Positions 20,760 to 31,408 of a stretch of 63,270 bases of DNA are shown here, in pieces. The stretch spans positions 1 to 63,270 of the forward strand of contig DYQK01000003.1 in assembly GCA_020719385.1 (NCBI GenBank). Direction: 5' to 3'. The position numbers were made by a program, and so were the translations under genes. This stretch comes from Rikenella microfusus. GTDB taxonomy: Bacteria; Bacteroidota; Bacteroidia; Bacteroidales; DYQK01. Below the pieces are notes generated by a model. It saw only the letters and a program-made list of their open reading frames with translations. It was not told the origin of the DNA and did not search any database. The first letter of the stretch is position 1. Every line of letters begins with the position of its first letter.

Positions 20760-21455
20760 ATGGAGAAAAAAATCAGAATTCTCTTGGCAGAAGATGACAC
20801 GAATTTAGGTTCTCTTCTCAAGCAATATTTGGAAATGAAAGGTTATGAAACTGATTTATTTCCTGATGGCGAAAAAGCGTATGCAGGTTTTATGGGAAAT
20901 CAATATGATTTCTGTATTCTTGACGTAATGATGCCGATAAAAGATGGTTTTACTCTCGCAGGCGAGATTCGTACTCTCAACAGCGAAATTCCCATTTTGT
21001 TTTTAACCGCAAAAACACTCAAAGACGACATTGTTCAAGGTTTCAAAGCAGGTGCCGATGATTATATCACAAAACCATTTTTGATGGAAGAATTGTTACT
21101 CCGAATGGAAGCGGTGATGCGAAGGAGCAAAACTTACGTAGATTCGGGGCAACAGGAATATCAAATTGGGAAATATCAGTTTCACATTATCCGACAAGAA
21201 CTCGAAATTGACGGCAAAGTAGTTAAACTCACGACAAAAGAGACCGATTTGTTAAAACTTCTCTGCAACAACGCAAATAAAGTTTTAGACAGAAATTTCG
21301 CTTTGAAGTCAATTTGGCGAGATGACAATTATTTCAATGCTCGCAGTATGGATGTTTACATCACAAAATTACGAAAAATTTTAAAAGACGACCCCGAGGT
21401 TGAGATTCTCAATGTTCATAGCAAAGGTTTTAAACTTGTTGCCCCAAATCTTTAG
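20760..21455 (+). CDS. rprY: OmpR-family response regulator, RprY-like
   Basis: LAEDD, LDVMMP.KDGF, GADDYITKPF, IWRDDNYFNARSMDVYITKLRK. Confidence 0.88.
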   Translation: MEKKIRILLAEDDTNLGSLLKQYLEMKGYETDLFPDGEKAYAGFMGNQYDFCILDVMMPIKDGFTLAGEIRTLNSEIPILFLTAKTLKDDIVQGFKAGADDYITKPFLMEELLLRMEAVMRRSKTYVDSGQQEYQIGKYQFHIIRQELEIDGKVVKLTTKETDLLKLLCNNANKVLDRNFALKSIWRDDNYFNARSMDVYITKLRKILKDDPEVEILNVHSKGFKLVAPNL

Positions 21456-21598
21456 CAAAATGCACAAAAAACTTGCTATGTTATGGCGAAAATTAAGATT
21501 CCAAAAAATGAACGAAGAACCGCTGTCGTTGTGAGCAGCGGTTTTCGATTAAAAAATTTATTTGCAAAAAGCAAATTTTTATTAATTTTTGAAAAAAA

Positions 21599-22378
21599 AT
21601 GAACGAAAAACTTGAAGCATTTAAACGACTTTTGTTTATTATGGACGAATTGCGGGAAAAATGCCCTTGGGACAGAGAACAAACGATGGAAACTTTGCGA
21701 ACTCTCTCGATAGAGGAAGTTTACGAACTCGCAGACGCCGTTTTTAGACAAAATCTCTCGCAAATCAAAAAGGAACTCGGCGATGTGTTGCTTCATATCG
21801 TTTTTTACGCAAAAATTGCTGACGAAATGGGCAGTTTCGACATCAAAGATGTGATAAATTCGCTTTGCGACAAGTTAATTTTCAGACATCCACACGTCTT
21901 CGGACAGACAGAAGTAAAAGATTCCGCCGAAGTAATTCGAAATTGGGAGGAATTAAAACTCAAAGAGAAAGACGGCAATAAAAAAGTACTCGAAGGAATT
22001 CCTATTTCGTTGCCCGCAATGATAAAAGCATACAGAATTCAAGACAAAGTCCGCGGTGTCGGTTTCGATTGGGACAAACGCGAGCAAGTTTGGGACAAGA
22101 TTCAGGAAGAAATCAATGAATTGAAAGCAGAGATAGAAAATTTAGACGCAAATAAAACCGAACAAGAATTCGGTGATGTTTTTTTTGCGTTAATCAACGC
22201 CGCAAGGTTGTACGGAATAAATCCTGAAAATGCTTTGGAACGAACTAATCGAAAATTTATCAAGCGTTTTGAATATCTCGAAGAGAAAACAAAGCAACAG
22301 GGCAAGTCTCTCAAGGAAATGTCGCTGCAAGAAATGGATGTTTACTGGGAAGAAGCAAAAAAATTTGACAAAAAATAA
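21599..22378 (+). CDS. mazG: Nucleoside triphosphate pyrophosphohydrolase
   Basis: CPWDREQT, EEVYEL, ELGDVLLH, RHPHVFG, GFDW, EFGDVFF. Confidence 0.96.
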   Translation: MNEKLEAFKRLLFIMDELREKCPWDREQTMETLRTLSIEEVYELADAVFRQNLSQIKKELGDVLLHIVFYAKIADEMGSFDIKDVINSLCDKLIFRHPHVFGQTEVKDSAEVIRNWEELKLKEKDGNKKVLEGIPISLPAMIKAYRIQDKVRGVGFDWDKREQVWDKIQEEINELKAEIENLDANKTEQEFGDVFFALINAARLYGINPENALERTNRKFIKRFEYLEEKTKQQGKSLKEMSLQEMDVYWEEAKKFDKK

Positions 22379-22429
22379 TTTTATTTTCAAAATTATTTTT
22401 ATCTTTGCAAAGTTTTTAGACAAAAATTT

Positions 22430-22963
22430 ATGCAAACTATTAAAATTTTAGACAAAGAATTTCGTTTGTCAATTCCTGCTTCGCAAATTAATGAAGCAGT
22501 TAGCAAAGTTGCCGCACAAATAAACAATGACCTTCGCGAAAAAGATGTTTTGTTTTTGGGCATTTTAAACGGCTCTTTTATGTTTGCCGCCGATTTATTT
22601 CGCAAAATTGAATTTCCGTGTCAAATCTCGTTTATCAAAGTTTCGTCATATCAAGGAACATCGTCAACAGGAAAAACGAAACAACTCATCGGAATCAACG
22701 AAAATGTAAAAGGCAGAACTATTGTGATTCTCGAAGACATCGTCGATACAGGACTAACTATTGAAAAAATTCTCGAAGAATTAAAAGTTTACGAACCTGA
22801 AGACATAAAAATTGCAACATTTCTGCTCAAAAGAGATGTTTTCAAAAAAAATATCCCGTTAAATTATGTCGGAATTGAAATTCCTAACGATTTTATTGTT
22901 GGTTATGGACTCGATTATAACGGTTACGGCAGAAATTTCGGCGAAATTTATTCAGTAATTTAA
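22430..22963 (+). CDS. hpt: Hypoxanthine phosphoribosyltransferase
   Basis: ILNGSFMF, ILEDIVDTGLT, FIVGYGLDY. Confidence 0.96.
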   Translation: MQTIKILDKEFRLSIPASQINEAVSKVAAQINNDLREKDVLFLGILNGSFMFAADLFRKIEFPCQISFIKVSSYQGTSSTGKTKQLIGINENVKGRTIVILEDIVDTGLTIEKILEELKVYEPEDIKIATFLLKRDVFKKNIPLNYVGIEIPNDFIVGYGLDYNGYGRNFGEIYSVI

Positions 22964-22970
22964 CTTTTTT

Positions 22971-23468
22971 ATGAGTACAGAATCGAAAGTGTATGAAGTT
23001 TTGTCAATGTTAAACATTGATTATCAATTACTTACACATCCCCCAGCACCGACAATCGAAGTTGCAAAGACATTTTGGCAAGAAATAGATTCTACGCATT
23101 GCAAAAATTTATTTTTTCGAAATTGGAAGGGCAACCAACATTATTTGGTGATTTTGGAATGGAACAAAGATTTAGACACAAAGACATTGGAAAAAGAGTT
23201 AAAAAGTGGTCGTCTCAGTTTTGGGTCGGCGGAGCGTTTGCAAAAATTTCTCGGACTCGAAGCAGGAGCAGTCTCGCCGCTTGGTTTAATCAACGATTCA
23301 GAAAAACACGTCATCGTTTTTTTAGATGAAGAGTTAAAAAATGCGGAAAAATTAACTTTTCACCCAAACATCAACACTGCGGCAGTGACTTTTTCGTTCT
23401 CGGATTTCGAAAAATTTTTAAAATGGACAGGAAATTCTTTTGAATTTCGAAAATTACCCATTTTGTAA
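22971..23468 (+). CDS. YbaK/ProX prolyl-tRNA editing protein
   Basis: HPPAPT, CKNLFFR, RLSFGS, GAVSPLGLIND, FHPNINT. Confidence 0.9.
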   Translation: MSTESKVYEVLSMLNIDYQLLTHPPAPTIEVAKTFWQEIDSTHCKNLFFRNWKGNQHYLVILEWNKDLDTKTLEKELKSGRLSFGSAERLQKFLGLEAGAVSPLGLINDSEKHVIVFLDEELKNAEKLTFHPNINTAAVTFSFSDFEKFLKWTGNSFEFRKLPIL

Positions 23469-23472
23469 AAAT

Positions 23473-24048
23473 ATGGACACTTTGAATCTCAACTTGCGTT
23501 ATACTTATGCCGATTATCTCACTTGGTTTGATGATATTCGCAGAGAGTTAATTGATGGATTAATTCTCAAAATGGCTGCGCCGTCTTCAGAACACCAAAT
23601 TATCTCTGGAAATTTATATCGAGATATTGCAATTTTTTTGCGAAAAAAAAATTGTAAAATTTTTCATGCACCTTTTGATGTTCGTTTAGTAAAAAATGGC
23701 GAAAATGAAAATGAAAAAATTACCACTGTTGTTCAACCAGATTTGTGTGTCGTTTGCGATTTAACGAAAATTGATAAACGTGGTTGTCTCGGTTCGCCAG
23801 ATTTAATTATCGAAATTGTTTCGCAAAAAAATGCGAAAAGAGATTTAAAAGATAAATTTAAAATTTACGAGGAATATCAAATTCGAGAATATTGGATTGT
23901 TAGACCGTATGATAAAATTACAGAAGTTTTTTTATTGAACGAAAATGGCAAATTTATTCTGAACGGAATTTATACAAAAGAGGATTCTGTGCCTGTTAAC
24001 ATTTTTAATGGCGAATTAATTATTCACCTCAACGAAATTTTTGAGTAA
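23473..24048 (+). CDS. Uma2-family endonuclease
   Basis: YTYADYL, ELIDG, APFDVRL, VVQPD, PDLIIEIVS, EYWIV. Confidence 0.92.
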   Translation: MDTLNLNLRYTYADYLTWFDDIRRELIDGLILKMAAPSSEHQIISGNLYRDIAIFLRKKNCKIFHAPFDVRLVKNGENENEKITTVVQPDLCVVCDLTKIDKRGCLGSPDLIIEIVSQKNAKRDLKDKFKIYEEYQIREYWIVRPYDKITEVFLLNENGKFILNGIYTKEDSVPVNIFNGELIIHLNEIFE

Positions 24049-24051
24049 AAA

Positions 24052-25575
24052 ATGAATTATTTAGAGATAAATCAAAATTCTTTTTCTGTGCCGTTGCAGG
24101 AAATTCCTGTTTTGGAATATGAACATTTTTTCGAAGTAACCAATTCTTTGCTTCAAAAAAAAATGCGGCATTGCGTGAATTATTTTTGTTTTCCGTATCA
24201 AAAAGATTTTTTGAAGTTTATTATCGCCATCGCTGATGACGAAACATCGCAAATTGCGATATTTTCTCACGAATGGAATCGAAAAATTGCTTTTCCGCTG
24301 CGTTCTCTCACAGAATTACATTATCCGCTGCATATTTACGAAAGAGAAATTTATGAAAATTTTGGAGTGCATTTTATCTCGCATCCTTGGTTAAAACCCG
24401 TTCGTTGGGTATGGAATCGGGCTGACAAGAATAAAACGATGAATAATTATCCGTTTTTCAAAATCGAAGGCGGTGAAATTCACGAAGTCGGTGTTGGTCC
24501 AATTCACGCAGGCGTCATCGAACCAGGACATTTCCGTTTTCTTTGTAACGGCGAAAGAGTTTTGCATCTTGAAATTCATCTCGGTTATCAACATCGCGGC
24601 GTTGAAGAACTTTTTTTAACGAAAAAAAGTTTTTTGCAACGAAGTGTGCTTGCCGAAAATATTGCAGGAGATACTGCCATCGGACACGAAATGGCTTTTG
24701 CCGCTGTTGTTGAGAAACTTTCGCAAACTAACGTTTCAGAAGAACTCGAAATGGAACGAAGTATTGCTATTGAACTCGAAAGAATCGCACTTCACATCGG
24801 CGACACTGCCAATATGTGTACAGGAATTGCGTATCAACTTGGGCAGGTAACAAATGAAGCGTTGCGAACCGTAATCATCAATACGACACAATTTTGGTGC
24901 GGAAACCGTTTTGGAAAAGGACTGATACGAATTTTAGGAACAAATTATCCGTTAAAAACTGAAGTTATTGACTTAATTTTGCGAAATTTAGTTGATGTAG
25001 ACTCTCAATTTAACGAAGTTGCTTCGAGAATTTATTCTTTGCCAAGTGTGCTCTCGCGTTATGATGGAATTGGAGTTGTGACTCAAAAACAAGCAGAGTT
25101 AATCGGTGCAGTCGGAATGGCAGCAAGAATGTCAGGAATTCCGAGAGATATTCGTTCTTCGCATCCATTTTCTCATTTTAAAAAGCAGAAATATGAAACA
25201 ATAACGCTGCAAAGCGGTGATGTTTTGGCAAGAGCGATTCTTCGAAAAATGGAATTTGACAAATCAATAGCGTGGTTAAAAGAAGTTTTGGAAAAATATC
25301 CGATTTTGCAGAGTCGAACTAATTTTGAAAAACCCAATTATTCTCCGACATTATCGCCGAATCATTTTGCACTTTCGTTAGTCGAGGGTTGGAGAGGAGA
25401 AATTTGTCATTGTGCAATAACCGATTCTGACGGAGAAATTCTGCATTACAAAATAAAAGACCCCTCGCTGCACAACTGGATGGCACTTGCCTTGGCGGTG
25501 AGAAATCTTGAAATCTCGGATTTTCCTATCAATAACAAAAGTTTTAACCTTTCTTATTGCGGCTATGATTTGTGA
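24052..25575 (+). CDS. HycE/NuoCD-like large subunit lacking NiFe cysteines (Ehr-type)
   Basis: ERE...FG...HPW (NuoC-like), VGPIHAGVIEPGHFRF, LGYQHRG, EGWRGE, KDPS..NW, KSFNLSYCGYDL. Confidence 0.85.
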   Translation: MNYLEINQNSFSVPLQEIPVLEYEHFFEVTNSLLQKKMRHCVNYFCFPYQKDFLKFIIAIADDETSQIAIFSHEWNRKIAFPLRSLTELHYPLHIYEREIYENFGVHFISHPWLKPVRWVWNRADKNKTMNNYPFFKIEGGEIHEVGVGPIHAGVIEPGHFRFLCNGERVLHLEIHLGYQHRGVEELFLTKKSFLQRSVLAENIAGDTAIGHEMAFAAVVEKLSQTNVSEELEMERSIAIELERIALHIGDTANMCTGIAYQLGQVTNEALRTVIINTTQFWCGNRFGKGLIRILGTNYPLKTEVIDLILRNLVDVDSQFNEVASRIYSLPSVLSRYDGIGVVTQKQAELIGAVGMAARMSGIPRDIRSSHPFSHFKKQKYETITLQSGDVLARAILRKMEFDKSIAWLKEVLEKYPILQSRTNFEKPNYSPTLSPNHFALSLVEGWRGEICHCAITDSDGEILHYKIKDPSLHNWMALALAVRNLEISDFPINNKSFNLSYCGYDL

Positions 25576-25587
25576 AAATTTTTCTAA

Positions 25588-25623
25588 AAACCTGACAGAT
25601 TTCGAAAAAAACCTGACAGGTTT
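25588..25623. repeat. CTGACA-core REP-like element between convergent genes
   Basis: aaacctgacagattt...aaacctgacaggttt. Confidence 0.65.
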
Positions 25624-25634
25624 AATTAATTTCG

Positions 25635-26333
25635 TTAAATATTTGCGTTAAACGGTGGCAACGGCGGTTCTTTGAATGCCGAGTCTTCAACGTGTTCTCG
25701 CATTTGTCGAAAACCAACAATCCACAAATAAATCAAATACGGAATAAATAACAACAAAAGAAACAGATTTTCCGAGAATAAAATGAAATCATAAATTCCA
25801 TGCAAAATTATCGGGATAAAAATGGCAAACAAAATATATTTTGTCTGTTGGTCGGCGTTTGCGAATTTTGCTTTTCCCAAATAAAAACCCATTGCTACTC
25901 CAAATAATGCGTGTGCAGGAACGGCAGTTAAGGCTCGGAGAAATCCTGTTCCTGCACCATTTCCAAGCACATAAAACACATTTTCAACTAACGCAAAACC
26001 CAACGAAATATAAACGGCATAAATTATTCCGTCAAATTTTTCGTTAAAATCTTTGTGTCTCCAAATAAAAATTAAAAACACCAAGAATTTAAAAAATTCT
26101 TCCGTCAAAGAGGCAACGACAAATGAAGTGTAAGCGGCATATACCATTTGGGACATTCCTGTGCTGAACGAATCTAAAAAGTGTTCAACAAACAAAATCG
26201 GAATAACCGTTAAACCGCCGAAAAACAAAGCGAGAAAAAGAGTTAATAACGGTTCTTTTTCGTATTTATCTCGATAATAAACGTAAAACAAAATTATCAA
26301 GACAGGAGCAAATGCTAATATAAGTAAACTCAT
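25635..26333 (-). CDS. prsW: PrsW-family intramembrane metalloprotease
   Basis: DKYEKEP, EEFFKF, FDGIIY...LGFALVEN, AVPAHA, LHGIYDF; start at MSLLIL. Confidence 0.9.
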   Translation of the reverse strand: MSLLILAFAPVLIILFYVYYRDKYEKEPLLTLFLALFFGGLTVIPILFVEHFLDSFSTGMSQMVYAAYTSFVVASLTEEFFKFLVFLIFIWRHKDFNEKFDGIIYAVYISLGFALVENVFYVLGNGAGTGFLRALTAVPAHALFGVAMGFYLGKAKFANADQQTKYILFAIFIPIILHGIYDFILFSENLFLLLLFIPYLIYLWIVGFRQMREHVEDSAFKEPPLPPFNANI

Positions 26334-26462
26334 AAAAAAATTTTTACACAATTAATTTTTTGCAAAGATAAAAAATATTTTATTTTTATTAATTTTGCAG
26401 CAAAATTTTTACAACAATTTTAAATTTTATTTGTCTTTTAGTTAAAAATAAATCAATTTTTT

Positions 26463-27212
26463 ATGAAAAAAATTTTTTGGTATTTTTTGCCGTTGATTTT
26501 TTTGGTAAATTTTTCTTGCGTAAAAGATACGATTTGCAAAACAGGAAATGGCGATTTTGTCTCTGATGTGCGAAGTGTTCCTGCTTTTTCGTCTTTGAAA
26601 TTGGAAAATGACGTAGATGTGGTGATTACTCCGTTTTTTATTGACTGCGGCACGCCGCCTTTGCCCAATGCTTCGTTGCAAATTCACGGACAAAGAAATA
26701 TGCTCAACATTTTAGAAACTTCGATTAATAATCAAGTTTTGAAAGTGAAATTTAGCGAATGTGTTGGTTCGCATTCTGTCGTTTCGATTATTGCTCCGAT
26801 GTATCAGGTAAATGAAGTAGAAGTTTCGGGTTCGGGGAATGTTCTTGCTCAAAATAAAATCGAAAATTCAGAGTTGTCGTTGTATGTTTCGGGCAGCGGC
26901 GATATAGTGATGGATTCGTTGAAAATTGCAAAAGGAATTTTTGCAAAAATTTCAGGTAGCGGCGATATTAATCTCAAAGGCGACACAACTTCGCTGCTTG
27001 AGATAGAAATTGCGGCTTCAGGCAATATTGTTACCTCGAATCTGTGTGCCGATAAGGTGAAAATAAAAATTACAGGGTCAGGAAACTGCAAAGTGAATGT
27101 TTTAACTTCGTTGGAGGTAGATATTTTGGGCAGCGGAAACGTTGTTTACACAGGAAATCCGACCATAAAATCGAATATTACGGGTTCAGGGAAAATTGTC
27201 AAGGGAAAATAA
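26463..27212 (+). CDS. DUF2807 (head GIN) beta-helix lipoprotein
   Basis: Lipobox NFSC; repeated SGSGD/N motifs; YTGNP. Confidence 0.88.
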   Translation: MKKIFWYFLPLIFLVNFSCVKDTICKTGNGDFVSDVRSVPAFSSLKLENDVDVVITPFFIDCGTPPLPNASLQIHGQRNMLNILETSINNQVLKVKFSECVGSHSVVSIIAPMYQVNEVEVSGSGNVLAQNKIENSELSLYVSGSGDIVMDSLKIAKGIFAKISGSGDINLKGDTTSLLEIEIAASGNIVTSNLCADKVKIKITGSGNCKVNVLTSLEVDILGSGNVVYTGNPTIKSNITGSGKIVKGK

Positions 27213-27268
27213 TTTTTGTTTTTTCGAAAATAAAATAATTTTCTCCGTGAAAAGCAAAAATATTAATA

Positions 27269-27309
27269 AAAAAACGTTGCCAAGTCCTAAAAACATAGCA
27301 ACGTTTTTT
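27269..27309. terminator. Bidirectional hairpin terminator after dnaK
   Basis: aaaaaacgttgc...gcaacgtttttt. Confidence 0.7.
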
Positions 27310-27326
27310 GTTTTTAACAATAAAAT

Positions 27327-29246
27327 TTATTTTACTTCCTCAAAATCAACATCCGTGACGTCATTGTCGGTTTTCTTTTTGTCTTGAGTTTTTGAGTCAT
27401 CTTGTTGTTGTCCCGAAGAAGAAGTGTTTTGTTGTTGATTCCCTGCTGCGTTATACATTTCCTGCGAAGCAGCGTGAAAAACGGCATTTAACTCTTCTGT
27501 TGCTTTGTCAATAGCGTCTAAATCTTGCTGTTTGTGTGCTTCTTTGAGTTTGTCAATAGCCTTCTGTGCTTTGTCTCTGTTTTGTGGAGAAAATTTATCG
27601 CCGTTTTCTTTGAGTTGTTTTTCGCTTTGAAAAATTAAACTATCTGCGTGATTTAATTTATCAATTTTCTCTTTTGCTTTTTTGTCCGAATCTTCATTTG
27701 CTTTTGCCTCGTCTTTCATTCGCTTAATTTCTGCGTCAGATAAACCTGACTTCGCTTCGATTCGGATACTTTGCTGTTTGCCTGTTGCTTTGTCTTTGGC
27801 AGAAACATTGAGAATTCCGTTGGCATCAATATCGAATGTTACCTCAATTTGCGGCACACCGCGTGGTGCAGGCGGCAAACCATCTAAATGAAAACGACCA
27901 ATAGTTTTGTTATCTCTTGCCATGGAACGTTCGCCTTGCAAAACGTGAATCTCAACGGAAGGTTGGTTGTCTGCTGCTGTAGTGAAAACTTCGCTTTTCT
28001 TGCTTGGAATAGTAGTGTTCGACTCAATAAGTTTTGTCATAACACCGCCCATCGTTTCGATTCCTAACGAAAGCGGAGTAACATCGAGAAGTAAAACGTC
28101 TTTTATCTCTCCTGTGAGAACTGCTCCTTGAATAGCCGCTCCAACAGCAACTACCTCGTCAGGATTAACTCCTTTGCTTGGTACTTTCGCAAAAATCTTT
28201 TCAACAATTTGCTGAATAGCAGGAATTCTTGTCGAACCACCGACTAATATCACTTCGTCAATGTCTGACGAGGTATAACCTGCATCTTTCAATGCTTTTT
28301 TACACGGTTCAACGGTTGCTTGAATAAGTTTGTCGCAAAGTTGTTCGAATTTTGCTCTTGTGAGAGTTTTAACTAAATGTTTCGGCACTCCGTCAACAGG
28401 AGGCGTAACGTACGGCAAATTGATTTCCGTAATTGTTGAACTGGAAAGTTCAATTTTTGCTCTTTCGGCGGAATCTTTCAATCTTTGCAAAGCGACAGGG
28501 TCTTTTCGCAAATCGATTCCTTCGTCATTTTTAAATTCAGTGACTAACCAATCAATAATTTCTTGGTCAAAATCGTCTCCGCCCAAGTGTGTGTCTCCGT
28601 TTGTTGACTTTACTTCGAATACTCCGTCTCCGAGTTCGAGTATAGAAATATCAAATGTTCCTCCGCCGAGGTCGAAGACAGCAATTTTCATATCTTTGCT
28701 TTTTTTGTCTAAACCGTAAGCGAGAGAAGCGGCTGTTGGCTCGTTGATGATTCGTTTAACGGTTAACCCTGCAATTTCGCCTGCTTCTTTGGTTGCCTGA
28801 CGCTGCGAGTCGGAGAAATAAGCAGGAACGGTAATTACCGCTTCGGTAACCTCGTGTCCGAGATAATCTTCGGCAGTTTTTTTCATCTTCTGAAGAATCA
28901 TTGCCGAAATTTCTTGTGGAGAAAATTTACGGTCATCGATTAGGACTCGCGGTGTATTGTTGTCGCCTCGTACAACTTTATAAGGTACTCTTTCGGTCTC
29001 TTTGGTCACCTTGTCGAAAGTTTCGCCCATAAATCTTTTGATAGAAAACACTGTACGAATCGGATTTGTGATGGCTTGACGTTTTGCAGGATCGCCAACC
29101 TTGCGTTCACCTTTGTCTAAAAAAGCAACAATAGACGGAGTAGTACGTTTGCCCTCGCTGTTTGGGATAACAACAGGTTCGTTCCCTTCCAAGACTGCCA
29201 CACAAGAGTTTGTTGTTCCCAAATCGATTCCTATAATTTTGCCCAT
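27327..29246 (-). CDS. dnaK: Chaperone DnaK
   Basis: [14 protein letters not shown] (start at 29246), [25 protein letters not shown]. Confidence 0.99.
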   Translation of the reverse strand: MGKIIGIDLGTTNSCVAVLEGNEPVVIPNSEGKRTTPSIVAFLDKGERKVGDPAKRQAITNPIRTVFSIKRFMGETFDKVTKETERVPYKVVRGDNNTPRVLIDDRKFSPQEISAMILQKMKKTAEDYLGHEVTEAVITVPAYFSDSQRQATKEAGEIAGLTVKRIINEPTAASLAYGLDKKSKDMKIAVFDLGGGTFDISILELGDGVFEVKSTNGDTHLGGDDFDQEIIDWLVTEFKNDEGIDLRKDPVALQRLKDSAERAKIELSSSTITEINLPYVTPPVDGVPKHLVKTLTRAKFEQLCDKLIQATVEPCKKALKDAGYTSSDIDEVILVGGSTRIPAIQQIVEKIFAKVPSKGVNPDEVVAVGAAIQGAVLTGEIKDVLLLDVTPLSLGIETMGGVMTKLIESNTTIPSKKSEVFTTAADNQPSVEIHVLQGERSMARDNKTIGRFHLDGLPPAPRGVPQIEVTFDIDANGILNVSAKDKATGKQQSIRIEAKSGLSDAEIKRMKDEAKANEDSDKKAKEKIDKLNHADSLIFQSEKQLKENGDKFSPQNRDKAQKAIDKLKEAHKQQDLDAIDKATEELNAVFHAASQEMYNAAGNQQQNTSSSGQQQDDSKTQDKKKTDNDVTDVDFEEVK

Positions 29247-29298
29247 ATATGATGAATATTTTAATGTTCGACTTAACGTGATTTTTTCCAAATGTTTT

Positions 29299-29314
29299 AT
29301 CAAAATTTATACCA
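29299..29314 (-). promoter_or_regulatory. Putative sigma54-type -24/-12 promoter of dnaK
   Basis: TGGTATAAATTTTGAT (GG-N10-GA), same spacing as the groES copy. Confidence 0.55.
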
Positions 29315-29514
29315 AAACCATTTTCTGTCTTTTTTGCAGTCAAAATGGCAGAAAAATCTAAATTCCCTGACAAAAACACTGACAAAATAAAAAATTTCTA
29401 TGTATTTTTATTTTTTTCTAAATTATTTCTGTCAAAATTTTTGAAAATAATTTTATTTTTTTTGAAAATTTAAAAAGTTTGTTTTATCTTTGCAAAGTTT
29501 TTAATGAAAATTTT

Positions 29515-30033
29515 ATGAAATTTGTGAAAATTTTATTTCCTGTAATTGTTTTTTTAACTTTCTCTTGTCAAAAAGTTAAAAATTATTCAGAAATTCCTGC
29601 GATAACGTTTAAAAAATTAGTACTAAAAGATTCGCTTGATGCGTTGCAAAATCGTGTAAAATTGTGTAAATTGATTATTTCAGTAGTTGATGGAGACGGA
29701 AATATTGGGTTTAATGCAATAGATTCTACGAAAAATGATAGTTTATATCATTATAATTTGTTTATTACTCCGTATCATAAAACTGATTCGGGCTATTTTC
29801 CGATTCATTTGTCGATTCCACATTATTATCGGATTCCCGATATTACTCCGATGGGGCAGAATAAAACTCTCAAAGCAGATGTGCAAATTTCCATCGATTA
29901 TAATATTGCGTTTTTCCCTTACGACACAATTCGGTATAAATTTGTGCTTTTTGATAGAGATTTTCAGAAAAGTAACACAGACTCAACACCCGATATTCCT
30001 TTGAAAACAAGAGACACGGTAATTTCTAAATAA
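29515..30033 (+). CDS. Hypothetical lipoprotein
   Basis: Lipobox LTFSC; YSEIPAITF, DGDGNIG, DRDFQKSN. Confidence 0.75.
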   Translation: MKFVKILFPVIVFLTFSCQKVKNYSEIPAITFKKLVLKDSLDALQNRVKLCKLIISVVDGDGNIGFNAIDSTKNDSLYHYNLFITPYHKTDSGYFPIHLSIPHYYRIPDITPMGQNKTLKADVQISIDYNIAFFPYDTIRYKFVLFDRDFQKSNTDSTPDIPLKTRDTVISK

Positions 30034-30138
30034 ATTGTTTTTTAATTTATGTATTTTTTTCCCTAAATTTTGGAATAAAATTTGTTTTTAAAAACAAATA
30101 TTTTATATTTGCACAAATTATTTTAAAAAATTTCAACA

Positions 30139-31218
30139 ATGGATGAATTGTATATCTTAGCCATCAATCCTGGCTCGACATCTACGAAAATTGCGGTTTT
30201 CGATAATACAAACCCAATTTTTTTGAAAACTATTAATCACGGAAACGAAGATTTAAAAAAATTTTCTTGCATCTCGGAACAATACGAGTTTCGTAAAGCT
30301 GTGATTTTAGAAGAGTTGCGCAAAGCAGAAATTTTAATTGAAAAAATTAAAGTTGTTGTTGGTCGCGGCGGTTTAGTCAAACCCATAGAATCAGGCGTTT
30401 ACCGAATCAACGAAAATTTAATTCGCGATTTAAAAAATAGTCCTGTCGGCGAACACGCAAGTAATTTGGGAGGTTTAATTGCGAATGATTTAGCACTTCA
30501 GTTGCCTGACGCTCAAGCCTTTATTGCTGACCCTGTTGTTGTTGATGAACTTTGCCCTCTTGCGAGAGTTTCGGGGCATCCTGCTTTTGCTAGAAAATCG
30601 ATTTTTCACGCTTTGAACCAAAAAGCAATTGCAAGAACACACGCAAAATCGGTTTTGAAAAATTATGAGGATTTAAACTTAATTGTTGTGCATCTTGGCG
30701 GTGGAATAAGTATCGGAGCTCATGAGAAAGGTAAAGTTATTGATGTGAACCAAGCCTTAGACGGTGAAGGTCCATTTTCACCTGAAAGAAGCGGCACTTT
30801 GCCTGTTTCTGATTTGGCGAATCTTTGCTTCAGCGGTACTGTTCCGAAGGAAAAAGTGAAAAAAATGGTTGTCGGCGAAGGCGGACTTGTTGCTTATCTC
30901 GGCACAAACAGCGCTTACGAAGTTGAACAACGCATTTTGCGAGGCGACCAAGAGGCAAAATTTTATTTTGATGCAATGGCATATCAAGTTTCGAAATATA
31001 TCGGAATGATGGCACCTGTTTTAAAATGCAATGTTGATGCAATTTTAATCACAGGCGGCATTGCTCACAGCAAATATTTTGTGAATCAAATTATTGAACG
31101 CACTTACAAAATTGCCCCTGTTCACGTTTATCCTGGCGAGGACGAAATGCGGGCATTGGCAATGAACGGACTGATGGTTCTCAAGGGCGAGGTTGTTCCG
31201 AAGATTTACGACAAATAA
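30139..31218 (+). CDS. buk: Butyrate kinase
   Basis: INPGSTSTK, GRGGL, HASNLG, HALNQKA, HLGGGIS, GPFSPERSG, YPGEDEM. Confidence 0.96.
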   Translation: MDELYILAINPGSTSTKIAVFDNTNPIFLKTINHGNEDLKKFSCISEQYEFRKAVILEELRKAEILIEKIKVVVGRGGLVKPIESGVYRINENLIRDLKNSPVGEHASNLGGLIANDLALQLPDAQAFIADPVVVDELCPLARVSGHPAFARKSIFHALNQKAIARTHAKSVLKNYEDLNLIVVHLGGGISIGAHEKGKVIDVNQALDGEGPFSPERSGTLPVSDLANLCFSGTVPKEKVKKMVVGEGGLVAYLGTNSAYEVEQRILRGDQEAKFYFDAMAYQVSKYIGMMAPVLKCNVDAILITGGIAHSKYFVNQIIERTYKIAPVHVYPGEDEMRALAMNGLMVLKGEVVPKIYDK

Positions 31219-31408
31219 GGAATTTAAACAAAAATCTTTTCGAGGAGGAAATATTTTCTCTTCGAAAAGTTTAAAAATGAAACTTTTAAATATTTTTTTC
31301 GTAAAATTTGATAAAAAATAAATTTTTTTTATCAAAAAGTAAACAAAAATTAACTATCTTTGCGTTATTAATAAAATGGAAATTTATTTCACAAAACAAA
31401 ATTACACC

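Noticed and set aside
21483..21602. 39-codon ORF overlapping the mazG start
   Set aside because: It runs through the rprY terminator hairpin and has no recognisable motif
27327..29303. 19-aa N-terminal extension of DnaK in the ORF track
   Set aside because: The conserved start MGKIIGID is at 29246; the extension overlaps the promoter
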